Shown here: positions 9,855-20,359 of the stretch, in pieces | Numbering within the stretch: the stretch's first letter is position 1 | How the letters are laid out: each line of letters begins with the position of its first letter | Made by a program: the position numbers and the translations under genes | Assembly: GCA_042576705.1 (NCBI GenBank) | Contig: JBHPEY010000005.1 | Location: forward strand, 1,786 to 65,785 | Length of the DNA: 64,000 nucleotides | DNA from: Nanobdellota archaeon | GTDB taxonomy: Archaea; Nanobdellota; Nanobdellia; Woesearchaeales; UBA11576 | Direction of reading: 5' to 3' | The notes under the pieces: generated by a model | What the model saw: only the letters and a program-made list of their open reading frames with translations | Told to the model about the DNA's origin: nothing | Databases searched by the model: none

Positions 9855-11588
9855 TTACTCTGTCTTTCTCCTGTGCGCAATCTGGACGAGGATTATGAAC
9901 AAGAACCCGAGGATAGGGATGCTGATCAGAGGTATCAGGTCAAAATACCAGGGCCGCTTCCGGGGCGTGGTCTCCTCTGCGATTGTCAGCGTCGAGGTCT
10001 TCTCGTGGGCATCCTCTATCCCACCTTCAACCTCGTAATAAAGATCAGCCTTTTCCTTGAGCTCATCGAAATGCCATGCTACCAATGGATCATCCTGTAT
10101 TATCTCAGGCTGGACCGAGAACTGGATGTCTGCTGCTGACTCTGCGATGAACTTCGGGATGTACTCATAGACTGTAAATTGCTTAAGGTCCTGCGTGGGA
10201 ACTATCTCGACATGTATCCTTGTCCGGCCATCCATTATCACCGACCGCTTCTTCACGTTCACGAAGCGCTTTGTCTTCCTGTGCATGTCTAACTGCCTGT
10301 CGATGTCATACGTGCCCTTGCCCTTGTGCAGGTCTAGGAATTGCGTCAGGGCAAACTCCTCATTTGTCAGGTTCCTGGCAGGCTCTGCCCTGCAGTTCTC
10401 GTCGACATCACCGTTGCAGTTGTCATCCCTTCTGTTGCCGCACACCTCTTCTGAAGGGAGCACTGCTGTACAGCCTGTCCACTTCCCTGCGCTGCACCTC
10501 TCTGTTCCCAACACGCAGATGCCTATGTTCGAGATGCCGCACGCCCTTGTGAGGCTATCGTCCCTGATGTTGTTGCAGTCATCATCCCTGTTGTTGCACA
10601 CCTCTCTCGCGCCAGGGTTTATCGAGGCGTCGGAGTCATCGCAATCGTATGATCTCTTGCAGTACTCACCATAGCCGTCGCCATCATTGTCTATGCACTT
10701 GTTCTTATCGGTGATCGCCTTCTTCTGCGCAGCATCATCCACACTGAAGACAGGCGCGTCCTTATCATTATCCACAGTGAAAACAGGATCTTTTGGCTCG
10801 GGCTGCTGTGCCTTGTCTGACGTGGCTGTTGTGGATACAGGGCAATCCTCATCCACGTCGCCATCACAGTCATCGTCTATATTGTTGCCACATATCTCCT
10901 GCTTCGACACGATGCCATCCATGCAAGGGGACCACGCACCTTGTCCGCAGGTCCTGACACCCTTGCTGCAGGCACCCACGTCTGTCCCGCAGGGCATCTC
11001 ATCGCCCTCTGCACATTCACAGCCCTCATCCACGTTCCCGTCGCAGTCGTTGTCAATATTGTCACAGACCTCTTCCTGTGGGAATATCGCGTCGCAGCCC
11101 TGCCAGGTTCCACTCATGCATTTCTCTTCACCTTTCCGGCAGATGCCAAGATTGTTGAGACCGCAATCCTGGAACAGGTCCTCATCAATAAGATTGTCGC
11201 AATCATCATCCAGGTTGTTGCACTGCTCCTGCGCTCCGGGATGTATCTGGGAATATCCATCATCGCAATCAATGGAGTCAGGGAAGCCGTCGTTGTCAGA
11301 ATCCCTGCAGTGGGACTCTGTACTGCAGTCTGAATCGTCGCAGTCTGACAGCTGGTCGCAGTCATTGTCCTTCTGGTCGGCGCATTCTGTCTCGAACTCG
11401 TCCACAGAACACTTGTACCAGTCAGAGCAGCCACCCTCGCATAGTGTGGCGCGGGTCTTTGTGCCTCCGCAGCCGCAGGATGTTATGTTGGGCTCGCATC
11501 TCGGCAGGTGGTCGCATTGCTGGGAATAGACAGAAATAGACAGGAATGCCAGGATGAACGCTAACAGCAGGAGAGCCAGGGTTTTCAT
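9855..11588 (-). CDS. Secreted, C-terminally TM-anchored protein with duplicated Cys/Asp-rich (MopE-like putative metal/Ca-binding) modules
   Basis: Signal peptide MKTLALLLLAFILAFLSISVYS. Two copies of a module CDD..xI[HN]PGAxExCNxxDDDC[DN]xxxDE...CG..N.GxCxxGxxxCxxGxWxxC...P.EExC[DG]NxxD[DN][CN][DN]GxVDExC (aa ~95-250 and ~300-400). C-terminal TM helix and basic tail (WYFDLIPLISIPILGFLFIILVQIAHRRKTE). Confidence 0.75.
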   Translation of the reverse strand: MKTLALLLLAFILAFLSISVYSQQCDHLPRCEPNITSCGCGGTKTRATLCEGGCSDWYKCSVDEFETECADQKDNDCDQLSDCDDSDCSTESHCRDSDNDGFPDSIDCDDGYSQIHPGAQEQCNNLDDDCDNLIDEDLFQDCGLNNLGICRKGEEKCMSGTWQGCDAIFPQEEVCDNIDNDCDGNVDEGCECAEGDEMPCGTDVGACSKGVRTCGQGAWSPCMDGIVSKQEICGNNIDDDCDGDVDEDCPVSTTATSDKAQQPEPKDPVFTVDNDKDAPVFSVDDAAQKKAITDKNKCIDNDGDGYGEYCKRSYDCDDSDASINPGAREVCNNRDDDCNNIRDDSLTRACGISNIGICVLGTERCSAGKWTGCTAVLPSEEVCGNRRDDNCNGDVDENCRAEPARNLTNEEFALTQFLDLHKGKGTYDIDRQLDMHRKTKRFVNVKKRSVIMDGRTRIHVEIVPTQDLKQFTVYEYIPKFIAESAADIQFSVQPEIIQDDPLVAWHFDELKEKADLYYEVEGGIEDAHEKTSTLTIAEETTPRKRPWYFDLIPLISIPILGFLFIILVQIAHRRKTE

Positions 11589-11611
11589 ATATGTGCCTGC
11601 AGAGAATATTA

Positions 11612-11623
11612 TATATAAATGTT
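11612..11623 (-). promoter_or_regulatory. BRE/TATA-like box AACATTTATATA (minus orientation) about 27 nt upstream of ATG 11588
   Basis: Plus strand reads TATATAAATGTT. The spacing suits a leaderless or short-leader archaeal transcript. The same AACATTTAWAWA motif recurs at four other gene starts. Confidence 0.45.
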
Positions 11624-11676
11624 ATTGAGTGTGTGGTTGAGAAGTGTGTTTTGGGGGGTTTTGGGTTGGAGGGTCT

Positions 11677-14600
11677 TCAACCGGTTGCTACAGGGGATAC
11701 AGGCAACTCAAATTCCTCCTCATGCTCAAAAAAGCTGTTCCGCATCCCTACAGTTATGGTCTTTGTTATGGGCTCATCTGACGTGAAATGTGATTCATCA
11801 TAGACATGCGTAAAAATAAGATCATCAGGATTCTCAGGAGTAGAAGTCAGACCCACAAAGTCAATAGGTCTCTCTGTTATAGGCTCTTCATGATCCGGGT
11901 CAGCCCAGTCAATGATTATATCGTACGGTGTAAATCCATATGATACATCAACTGTTATCTCCAATGTCCTGGCAGGGAGCGGTTCGGACTGCACGACATC
12001 TATTACCGGGAGCAGAGCATCTACTCCTATAATCTTCTGAGCCGAAAACACCACACCATCGTGGTCTTGCACACTCACCTCGATGTTTGTCGACGCCCTA
12101 CTATGTGACCCAACAGGGCCATAGAAATGTGACTGATCATAGGTGTACTCATAATCAAAAGTGCCGTCTGCTGTTTGTGATGGTTTACTCACTGGAGACA
12201 ACGTGGCAGAATTAGGGCCGTCCCAGTCAATAGTGATACTGTACGACGGCACCCCATTGAGTATGGTCGCAGATATCCTCATCGTCCTTTCTTCAATCTG
12301 AGGCCGCTGCTCGATGGTCACCAGCGGGGATGTGCCAGCGGATATTACTACGTCATCAGCATCAGCGGAAACCTCAAAATAATCGTCCCGCACCCTCACA
12401 TTGATGTCCTTCAGTATCTCCTCTGACCCTAACTCGAAGTTGGAGTCAGCATAGGTGTGTTCATAAATAAAAGTGCCGTCCTCTGTTTCTGTCATTAGTT
12501 GTTCGTCGCCAGGTACAGGGTCAGCCCAGTCAATGTATACAGCGTAATTCCCGTCACCTTCATTCACGTTCGTACCGGCCACATCCACTGACAGCCTCAA
12601 TGTCTTGTCCTCCCACTGATCCAGCTGAGCGATCGTGACTACGGGCGGGGTGTTAGAAGCTATTGTCAGAACAGCAGTACCCTCAAACCGCGTTCCATCT
12701 GCCTCCTCCCCCCACACGCGGAATGTCTTCGTGCCAACCTCCCCGAACGGGAAGTCGCCGTAATAGTTATACGTAAAAACCTCAGGACTCAGATCATCCT
12801 CACTCAGCGGAAAGTTCTCGCCAGGTGCGGCGAATCCCCCGTAATCCGTGTAAAAACGGATAACATCATACGGTGGCACCCCATTGAGTATGGTTATAGA
12901 CATCCTCGCTATCCAGGCTGCGGTCTGGGGCAGCGGGATTATCCTCACTGTCGTCTCCTCTGAAGCTTGTATTGACATCAGATCAGCGGTCTCAAACTCA
13001 ACATGTTCGTCCTGCACGCTAACCTCTACGTTCTTTGTTATCCAAATCCATCCTTCAGGGAAACTTGAGTCATGATAGGTGTGCTCAAAAATAAAACCAT
13101 CAGCAGGACTCACAACACCATCTTCATTGACTTCTACTGTTCTTGTTGATATGCGCTCTTCATGCAGTGGGTCATTCCACTTGACAGATATATCATAAGG
13201 CGGGTACCCGCTGGCTATGTTCACGGACATCTTCAATGTCCTGTCCAACTCCTGCGTCAGCTGCTCGATGCTCACTGTCGGCGTTCCCTCAACAACAGGC
13301 GGTTCCTCTCCGACGAGGCAATTTATCTCGAAGTACTTGTTCATGACACAAAGCGTGAGCGGGCCGGTGGGCTGTTCCTCATAGATGTGCAAAAAGCCTG
13401 GAGGAGTGATGTTTTCATGATATGATGCCTTTTTACCGTCACCGAAATCCCAGGTAATCGCAATCAGGTCATCTGCAGCAGGTGCTGTCAGTTTATAATA
13501 AACCTCACCACCTTCGACGATTGTCGTAGGATCTGTGATGTATGCAGGCTCGGTAGGCACAGGTGGATTCTGATCAGGAGGAGGAGGCCGGTCCTGGGTC
13601 CTTATCTTTGCTGTTATGTCATTCCAGAAGCTGTCTGAATACTCTTTCCAGACCTTGACGTCATCGTAAGCAGGGTTAGGGGATGAGAAGGGGTTCTCCA
13701 CATATATGGAATGCATCCATTCGCCACCATCCAGTATGACCAGATTACATACCAGGTCTCTCCCATCTTCAGTTATCTGCCCCTGGATTGAGGGATTGGC
13801 TCCTATAACGCGCCCCACCAGACCACAGATATCAACAGCATAATTGGTGTACATCGCGGATATGAATGTCATGTAATCCACAACAAACCCGTCATCATCC
13901 TCTGCGACAGTCGCGCGCCTCTCGCGGATGGCACGGATCTCCCGGGCGGGTTGTGATCCGGGAAAATGGCTTATGTACAGCTTGTCGAAAGAACCTGCAT
14001 TCTCTATGAAATCAAGATTTTTCTGATGGAAATCGATAGGCTTCTCTGCAAGATAGTCTATGTTCAGCAGATCACGAATGACATTCAGCAGCCTCTCAAA
14101 GACCTCTCCTATGAAGCTCCCTGTAGCTGTATCTGCTGAAACCTGCTGTGCGAGCGGCGTGGTCTTTGAAAAAATCACATTCTTAAGCTTGGCATTGTAG
14201 ATTATGTCATCACCACTGCAGGCATGATAATCTCCGTCTGTCTCCAGTATCGCAGTCTCGCAGTAATCCATATCATTAGGGCCCTTGAGCACCTCAATGA
14301 AAGACTTATGCGCTCCGGCTATGCCTGTGCCTTCGCTGATAGCGTTATCAGCCTCTATAAGACAACCTTGATCACAAGCGTTCTCATCGATTTGGCATTG
14401 AACCCCTCCATCTACACATTCACCTTCTTCGCCGAAAACAGAGTCTATCTCTCCATTGAGCGACACCCCGGATATTATCTTGCCGTTCACCTCAAGGACG
14501 CAGAACTCATTCACACCAGCAGAGTCTAAGATTGAGGAGACATCGTCCCCTACAAAATCTATATATGTGCCCATCGTATCTATAGTCGTGCCGGATGTCG

Positions 14601-15600
14601 GCAATGCGAATTCATAACTATCACAGAAGAGGGTATATGTGTCGTCAGGAGTGGTGAAATCATGCAAGAGCTTGAAGGCAATCTCCTTTGTCCTTGTGGT
14701 CCAGTTGCCCTGATAGCAGTAGAACCATTCACTTCTCAGCGGAACGCCACCAGTATCCACCCCTGAAGACTCTTCTATATACGTGCCGTGCTCGATACAG
14801 GCATTCTCTACCAGGTGATCAGTATCGTCGCCGAAGAAGCACTGGTCATCATAGGGACAATATCCTGCTCCGTCATGCAGAGGCGTGAACTTGAGCCTTG
14901 AGAACTTCCATTCTCCGTCTATGCAGCGGAAGCCATCCGGTCCCTTAAGGTAATTCCTTGCCAGCTCTGAACCCGCTGGACTGAAGTCTGCAATCTCGTA
15001 TCCTATGGGCGGCATCGTGACACTCTTCTCATAGTAATCATCGTGGATGCATTCAGGATGCTCCTCTGTGACGCCCCCATCAGCATATTTACCAATAGCT
15101 CCTGTAAAACAGTAATCCCAGGGGCAGCAGTCTGCCTCGTACTCGTAGTCATTGAACTGGGTGAGCTTAGGGGAGGGGGTCATCTGAAGATGGTCGACGA
15201 GCAGCTCGACCGAAGCGTCGACTGCCCTGAATTTCAGCTTTACCTCATCACCCTCTAATACATCAGTTGAATTGACTGTGATGCTGAACTGCTTCCAGAT
15301 AGTCGAACTAAGACTTTTCGGTCTTGTATCGTCAGCACCAATGAAAAAATCGGCTGTGCCATCTTCCAATTTGTACATGAAAGCGACTGTGTATAGCGTG
15401 TCTGGAGTGACAGCATCTACAGTGTATGTTATGACCTGGCCTACAGCATCCATGGTGATCTCAAGGCAGTTGCAGTCATTATGTTCCACGCATCCGGGGG
15501 CAGTGTCCTCCCTTATGATCCTTGCGTCCTGCACTGCCAGGATGGGCACTGCAAGTAGAATGAATATGCAAAGCAACAAAATCCCTTTTTTTACCATCAT
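11677..15600 (-). CDS. 1307-aa secreted protein: N-terminal jelly-roll/CBM-like region, Cys-rich middle, five tandem PKD/Ig-like modules
   Basis: N-terminus MMVKKGILLLCIFILLAVPILA (signal). The C-terminal half has five ~100-aa modules sharing a core such as '...TL[RK][ML]SV[ND][IV]..G..PY[DS]I.I.W.DP': TVSIEQLTQELDRTLKMSVNIASGYPPYDISVKWNDP, VRIIPLPQTAAWIARMSITILNGVPPYDV, VVTIAQLDQWEDKTLRLSVDV, LVTIEQRPQIEERTMRISATILNGVPSYSITIDW, VIDVVQSEPLPARTLEITVDVSYGFTPYDIIIDWADP. Confidence 0.75.
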   Translation of the reverse strand: MMVKKGILLLCIFILLAVPILAVQDARIIREDTAPGCVEHNDCNCLEITMDAVGQVITYTVDAVTPDTLYTVAFMYKLEDGTADFFIGADDTRPKSLSSTIWKQFSITVNSTDVLEGDEVKLKFRAVDASVELLVDHLQMTPSPKLTQFNDYEYEADCCPWDYCFTGAIGKYADGGVTEEHPECIHDDYYEKSVTMPPIGYEIADFSPAGSELARNYLKGPDGFRCIDGEWKFSRLKFTPLHDGAGYCPYDDQCFFGDDTDHLVENACIEHGTYIEESSGVDTGGVPLRSEWFYCYQGNWTTRTKEIAFKLLHDFTTPDDTYTLFCDSYEFALPTSGTTIDTMGTYIDFVGDDVSSILDSAGVNEFCVLEVNGKIISGVSLNGEIDSVFGEEGECVDGGVQCQIDENACDQGCLIEADNAISEGTGIAGAHKSFIEVLKGPNDMDYCETAILETDGDYHACSGDDIIYNAKLKNVIFSKTTPLAQQVSADTATGSFIGEVFERLLNVIRDLLNIDYLAEKPIDFHQKNLDFIENAGSFDKLYISHFPGSQPAREIRAIRERRATVAEDDDGFVVDYMTFISAMYTNYAVDICGLVGRVIGANPSIQGQITEDGRDLVCNLVILDGGEWMHSIYVENPFSSPNPAYDDVKVWKEYSDSFWNDITAKIRTQDRPPPPDQNPPVPTEPAYITDPTTIVEGGEVYYKLTAPAADDLIAITWDFGDGKKASYHENITPPGFLHIYEEQPTGPLTLCVMNKYFEINCLVGEEPPVVEGTPTVSIEQLTQELDRTLKMSVNIASGYPPYDISVKWNDPLHEERISTRTVEVNEDGVVSPADGFIFEHTYHDSSFPEGWIWITKNVEVSVQDEHVEFETADLMSIQASEETTVRIIPLPQTAAWIARMSITILNGVPPYDVIRFYTDYGGFAAPGENFPLSEDDLSPEVFTYNYYGDFPFGEVGTKTFRVWGEEADGTRFEGTAVLTIASNTPPVVTIAQLDQWEDKTLRLSVDVAGTNVNEGDGNYAVYIDWADPVPGDEQLMTETEDGTFIYEHTYADSNFELGSEEILKDINVRVRDDYFEVSADADDVVISAGTSPLVTIEQRPQIEERTMRISATILNGVPSYSITIDWDGPNSATLSPVSKPSQTADGTFDYEYTYDQSHFYGPVGSHSRASTNIEVSVQDHDGVVFSAQKIIGVDALLPVIDVVQSEPLPARTLEITVDVSYGFTPYDIIIDWADPDHEEPITERPIDFVGLTSTPENPDDLIFTHVYDESHFTSDEPITKTITVGMRNSFFEHEEEFELPVSPVATG
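11730..13320 (-). repeat. Five tandem ~300-nt coding repeats (PKD/Ig-like modules) inside the 1307-aa gene
   Basis: Protein-level periodicity listed for the parent CDS. Boundaries are approximate, converted from aa positions ~760-1290. Confidence 0.55.
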
Positions 15601-15682
15601 ACAAGCTCCAGCCGGTCTTTAAATATAAAGATTATGGATAAATCCTTTAAAAAGGTATTTATTCGGGTGTTGAAAATTGTCA

Positions 15683-17287
15683 TTAAACACTCCCTGTGCT
15701 CCATTCCCTGTGAAGGGTCTCTTTTGATATCGAAAACAAGCAGCCATTGGGAGCTGTCGGGCCTGTAGAGTCGTCCTGATCAGGGCAGTCATCGAGTGTG
15801 AATTCAGTGAAGGTGTCAGGAGGGCCCTCTATATCAAATGTCTCAGGCACGCCATCACCGTTCTCGTCTATCTCATCTACCACTCCATTGCAATTGTCAT
15901 CCAGGTCGTTATCAATCTCTGTCACGCTGGGATTTATTGCTGCGCCGCCATTAAGACAGTCAGTGCAGTCAGAACAATCAGTGCAGTCTGGGCATCCGAA
16001 ATCCTCGTTCTTGAATCCATCGCCATCAAGATCCCAATCATAGCAGCCCTGTACAGTGCCTGAATAGACGCAGTGGTGTCCTTCCAGCTCATTGATAAAA
16101 ACAGGATCCTGACCTATCTCTGCGGTCCAAGCACCGCATTCATCTGCCAGTCCATCGCAATCATTGTCTTTCAGGTCACAAAAGTCATATCCTCCTTCAA
16201 ACAACCCAGGGAAAACTCCATCATCTGCGTCATCGCAGTCACTAAAGTCATCCAGCTCTTCCCAGCCCGGTGTCAACATTATGTTCCCTATTATCCACAC
16301 AAGCTTATCTGAGAAATCTGCCTTGTACTTCAAATCCATCAACTGCTCGTCGGCCGTGAATCCCATCTGGTCAAATACCTCCTGCTCGTCAGCATCCAGA
16401 CCTGCCAGGTCTATTACTGCACCCCCTTCCGCATGGTATGTGCGTTTAAGACGAACAGAATCTTCACGACAGAAACCATCCTCATCATCATCTATACAGA
16501 TATCATTACAATCGTAGGTATCAGTATCCCTGAAAGCAGTAGCTGTGGCAGTCCCCTCATCAGAATTCACGCATGTGTCTGTGCAGATATTCGAATCGTC
16601 ATTGCAATCGAACATATAGTTGCAGTACCTGCCAGGCATGTCTTCGTGGCACAGACCATCATCGTCTAGATCTATAACACAATAGCCGTTCATACAACGC
16701 TCTCCGGCACCGCTGAAATGACCTGCACAATCATCTTGCACTGTACATGGCTGTATCCTGCAGTGGCCTTCCAGACAATACCCCTCGCCGCACTGAGCGT
16801 TGCTGGAGCACGGCGTTATGATGCATTTATTGATATCGGTGTCGCAATAACCCGCATAGTTCGTGCAATCCATATCTGTCTCACAATAAGGCCCGTCATC
16901 ACATCCCCCGTCGAACTTCACGTACCTGTCCGGGTAACATGTGACTGACGAGTCAGGAAAAGGGGATGTTGTCATATCAGTTAAACTGGTGAACGTATAA
17001 AGCTCTCCAGGATGATTTGTGAAATCTATATTGCAGCAGTAGTTAAATTGCCTGGAGTCGTATGGCTTACAACGCCAGTCATAAATGGAAGTCCTATGGC
17101 ATATGCTGGTCGGGCGATAACCTCCCTCCATCCTGCTTGAGTAATCCGGCTGGGGGCTTTCGGAAGTGAGGCAAAAGTAAGGCGGGTCGTTGTAGACCAG
17201 ATCCCAAGGCCAACAGGGCGCGTACACCTGTGCGGGAAACAAAAGGATAAGGATACATAGAATCAGAAGGGGGATTTTGGGTCTCAT
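15683..17287 (-). CDS. Secreted Cys/Asp-rich protein, paralog 1 of a tandem three-gene family
   Basis: Signal peptide MRPKIPLLILCILILLFPAQVYA. Motifs shared with the 17284 and 18764 genes: DCNDICIDDDEDGFC, CYDWDLDGDGFKNEDFGCPDCTDC, DNDLDDNCNGVVDEIDENGDGVPE, GPTAPNGC.FSI.K.TL. Start overlaps the upstream stop (ATGA 17284-17287). Confidence 0.75.
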   Translation of the reverse strand: MRPKIPLLILCILILLFPAQVYAPCWPWDLVYNDPPYFCLTSESPQPDYSSRMEGGYRPTSICHRTSIYDWRCKPYDSRQFNYCCNIDFTNHPGELYTFTSLTDMTTSPFPDSSVTCYPDRYVKFDGGCDDGPYCETDMDCTNYAGYCDTDINKCIITPCSSNAQCGEGYCLEGHCRIQPCTVQDDCAGHFSGAGERCMNGYCVIDLDDDGLCHEDMPGRYCNYMFDCNDDSNICTDTCVNSDEGTATATAFRDTDTYDCNDICIDDDEDGFCREDSVRLKRTYHAEGGAVIDLAGLDADEQEVFDQMGFTADEQLMDLKYKADFSDKLVWIIGNIMLTPGWEELDDFSDCDDADDGVFPGLFEGGYDFCDLKDNDCDGLADECGAWTAEIGQDPVFINELEGHHCVYSGTVQGCYDWDLDGDGFKNEDFGCPDCTDCSDCTDCLNGGAAINPSVTEIDNDLDDNCNGVVDEIDENGDGVPETFDIEGPPDTFTEFTLDDCPDQDDSTGPTAPNGCLFSISKETLHREWSTGSV

Positions 17288-18666
17288 GAAGTGCCCCCTA
17301 TGCGCCAGTCAGGGAGGGTGTCCTTTAATATCGAAAACCAGCAGCCGTTGGGGGCTGTCGGGCCTTCGGATTCGTCCTGGTCATCGCATTCATCGAGCGT
17401 AATCGTCACGCCATTCAAGATGAACTCCTCAGGCACACCATCACCGTTCGCGTCAACCTCATCTATCAAGCCATTGCAATTATCATCCTCACCATTATTT
17501 CCAGTATATCCACCATCTCCATCATCTTCATCAAGGCTCTCAACCACACTGGGATTTATAGCAGGATCATCATCAGCACAATCAGTGCAGTCTGGACAGC
17601 TGAAATCCTCGTTATTGAACTCATCACCATCAGCATCCCAGTCATAACACTCACCGTACTCTTCAAGATAGACACATTGCTCGTCGGGTCCTGTACATTC
17701 ATCAAGGCTATCATCACAGTCATCATTTATCAGATTGCAATGATAGGTATATTCGCCTTCAGGCACAAAAGGATTGATATCCGCATTGTAATCATCACAG
17801 TCAATGAACTCGTACGGCTCTGTGGCCTGATAGAGACCAGCAAGGTTCCCCACATCATCGTCGGGACCATCGTCAAAATTTTCCTCGTACCCCGTATCTA
17901 TTATCGTTCCCGAAAATTCCCTGAAACCAGCTTCGGTCAAATCTGTCTGGCTAGGCCCATACGGTTTTGACAGAAGGTTTGAATCGTACCAAAGGGCAGA
18001 ATTTGCTGCGCAGAAAGCATCACCGTCAGCGTCTATACATATATCCCTGCAGTCCAGCATCCATAGGTCTCTCTCTCCCAGGTTATTATTGTTACAATCA
18101 CCCAGGTCATGCGCATAACAGTTATCACTCCCATCAGAATTAAAACACAACGGGTCTGATGCCCACCCGCAAAGATTTGAATCATCATCACAGTCCTTAA
18201 CAGCCTCGGGAACAAAAGTGTCAGGCACTGTGCTGCGATAAAAGGAATCTTCATCTTGATCGGTCAGGCAATGTCCTGCAACACAGTCATCATCCGGATC
18301 GGTACAATCTACGCTGCTTTGGCAAGATGTGACCCTGTGGCAGTAATGGGCATCAGGGGTGGACTCTATTTCAATGCTAAAATCACAAAACCCTGGTTCG
18401 CAGCTGGCATCCCAATCCCCTGCTGCACTATCATACTCGCATTCCCTTAGCTGGCAAAGCCCACCATCCAGCATTTGCGAATCGTCACAATACATATAGT
18501 AATTTCTAGTGTGCCAATCACAACCCGCATGAGAATCGCAGTTTGAGGAAATCATACCTGAGACACTAATAGGAGCTGCCAAAAGAAGCAACACTATTCC
18601 TGTGTACAACAGCACAGCCTGCATTGTTTCCCTGTTACTCGTTTTAACCTCAAATATTTTCGGCAT
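17284..18666 (-). CDS. Secreted Cys/Asp-rich protein, paralog 2
   Basis: Hydrophobic N-terminus (MQAVLLYTGIVLLLLAAPISVSG, from the internal ATG at 18624). Family motifs DCRDICIDADGDAFC, CYDWDADGDEFNNEDFSCPDCTDC, EDDNCNGLIDEVDANGDGVPE, EGPTAPNGCWFSILKDTLPDW. Confidence 0.75.
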   Translation of the reverse strand: MPKIFEVKTSNRETMQAVLLYTGIVLLLLAAPISVSGMISSNCDSHAGCDWHTRNYYMYCDDSQMLDGGLCQLRECEYDSAAGDWDASCEPGFCDFSIEIESTPDAHYCHRVTSCQSSVDCTDPDDDCVAGHCLTDQDEDSFYRSTVPDTFVPEAVKDCDDDSNLCGWASDPLCFNSDGSDNCYAHDLGDCNNNNLGERDLWMLDCRDICIDADGDAFCAANSALWYDSNLLSKPYGPSQTDLTEAGFREFSGTIIDTGYEENFDDGPDDDVGNLAGLYQATEPYEFIDCDDYNADINPFVPEGEYTYHCNLINDDCDDSLDECTGPDEQCVYLEEYGECYDWDADGDEFNNEDFSCPDCTDCADDDPAINPSVVESLDEDDGDGGYTGNNGEDDNCNGLIDEVDANGDGVPEEFILNGVTITLDECDDQDESEGPTAPNGCWFSILKDTLPDWRIGGTS

Positions 18667-18763
18667 CCTCTTTCCTAACTACACAATCATGGCTCTTGTC
18701 ATTTTCGGAACTTATCTAGTGTAACATATTGTATCCCCTATGTTTATAGGATTATCATGCATC

Positions 18764-20359
18764 TCATGAAGCGCTCCCATCGCTCCAGTCGGGGAGGGTG
18801 TCCTTTAATATCGAAAACCAGCAGCCGTTGGGGGCTGTCGGGCCTTCGGATTCGTCCTGATCAGGGCATTCATCGAGCGTGAATTCAGTGAAGGTGAAAG
18901 GCGGGCCCTCTATCTCAAAGGTCTCAGGTACGCCATCGCCGTTCTCATCAATCTCATCCACCACACCATTGCAGTTGTCATCCAGGTCGTTATCGATCTC
19001 TGTAGCTTCGGGATTGGTCTCTGGTCCAACCCTCCCATCATGACACTCAGCAGGGCAGTCTGCACAGTCGGTGCAATCAGGACAGCCGAAGTGCTCACCC
19101 TTGAAGGTATCACCATCAAAATCCAAATCATAACATCCCGGAATACCGCTTGAATAGACACACTGCTTTTCAGGCTCTGCACATTCATCAAGGGTGCCAT
19201 CACAGTCATTATTGACAAGATCACACTGGTCGTCTTCAAAGAGTCCCGGGTTCAAGGAAACATCCTCATCATCGCAATCATAAAACGTATTCTGTCCTTC
19301 ATTCCAATCACCCAGCAGGGAAGATATGATCTCCTTAAAATCGAGCTTGTATTGCTCATCATATATCGCTGTGTCCACTCTCTCAACACCCAATGAGGTC
19401 AGATCGCTTTCTGCAAACCCCTGTGAGACCAGCTCACTCACCATCTCCTGATCGATCTTTTTTGCAGATAGGGATGAGCACCACCCATCACCATCATAAT
19501 CTATGCAGAAATCGTTACAATCGTACCCGTCCTGATTCCTCTTGCCTGTCTGCCAGAAACCAGAGTCAGATGCCTGCGGGTGTGTACCCTCCAGCTTTGA
19601 ACAATCATCCTGACAAAGGCTTGATCCATCATGGCAGTCGATCTTTCCTCCGCAGAACTCTGGAGGGATATCAGGATGACAGAAACCATCCCCGTCCACA
19701 TCCTTTGCGCAGTTTCCCTCTATACAGCGTTCATCTGCCCCTTCGCAATCGTTGTCAGACTGGCATTCTATTATACGGTAGCAACCCCCTGTTGCAGGAT
19801 CACTACCTATCGACGTGTCGCAGTATCCTGGGAAACACGCAGCGTCATTCCCTGCAGAACAGGATTTTTGCTCACACTTCTCTGAAACGCAGTAATAGTA
19901 AGCAGACTCGCAATGATTATGCTCGCGACAGGGTGGCTGGAACTCACAGCTTCCGTCGGCATGGACATACTGGTCATTGTCGCAGGCCCAATCTGTCCCT
20001 CCAGGCACGGTAAAAGTGACAAAGTCTTGATTCCTGTCTTCTTCAGGCCTCCAAGCCAGATCCGTGCTTACATACGTTGTCGTACCGCCCCATCCAAGTG
20101 CCGTACAGCAAAATGTCTCTTGCTGTGTCCGGATATCCTTACATTCTGCAACCTCATTCTTCTCTATACAGATCTTATTTCCCATATCGGTCATACTAAA
20201 CCCTGTACCTGTCGGCTCTGTGGCAGAATTTACACAGCTGGTGAAACTACCTAACGCGTATTCCCAGCAGGTAGAAAAAACAGGCGTGCTTACCAGACAT
20301 AACACCACAATGCACGTCAGCAGCATGCGCAAGCATCTATTCTTAAGCAGGTCAGACAT
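18764..20359 (-). CDS. Secreted Cys/Asp-rich protein, paralog 3
   Basis: The track start 20371 is GTG; the first ATG is at 20359 (MSDLLKNRCLRMLLTCIVVLCLVSTPVFS). It overlaps the stop of the 1153-aa gene by 8 nt (ATGTCTGA). The C-terminus EGPTAPNGCWFSILKDTLPDW is identical to paralog 2; the ~60 aa before it are nearly identical to paralog 1. Confidence 0.75.
   Translation of the reverse strand: MSDLLKNRCLRMLLTCIVVLCLVSTPVFSTCWEYALGSFTSCVNSATEPTGTGFSMTDMGNKICIEKNEVAECKDIRTQQETFCCTALGWGGTTTYVSTDLAWRPEEDRNQDFVTFTVPGGTDWACDNDQYVHADGSCEFQPPCREHNHCESAYYYCVSEKCEQKSCSAGNDAACFPGYCDTSIGSDPATGGCYRIIECQSDNDCEGADERCIEGNCAKDVDGDGFCHPDIPPEFCGGKIDCHDGSSLCQDDCSKLEGTHPQASDSGFWQTGKRNQDGYDCNDFCIDYDGDGWCSSLSAKKIDQEMVSELVSQGFAESDLTSLGVERVDTAIYDEQYKLDFKEIISSLLGDWNEGQNTFYDCDDEDVSLNPGLFEDDQCDLVNNDCDGTLDECAEPEKQCVYSSGIPGCYDLDFDGDTFKGEHFGCPDCTDCADCPAECHDGRVGPETNPEATEIDNDLDDNCNGVVDEIDENGDGVPETFEIEGPPFTFTEFTLDECPDQDESEGPTAPNGCWFSILKDTLPDWSDGSAS

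Noticed and set aside
10687-11529. 280-aa plus-strand Ser-rich ORF antisense to the 577-aa gene (similar cases: 19393-20013, 44166-44906, 45871-46539, 56326-56814, 47666-48225)
   Set aside because: All lie opposite genes with strong family motifs (MopE-like repeats, DP1, HAD/DP2 and others). They show Ser/Leu/Cys-rich compositions characteristic of antisense frames.
15683-19010. Diversity-generating retroelement (TR/VR pair) as the explanation for the near-identical 3' ends of the tandem paralogs
   Set aside because: Mismatches flanking the identical block are of mixed types, not confined to adenine positions of one copy. No reverse transcriptase gene is present in the window. Gene conversion between paralogs explains the pattern better.
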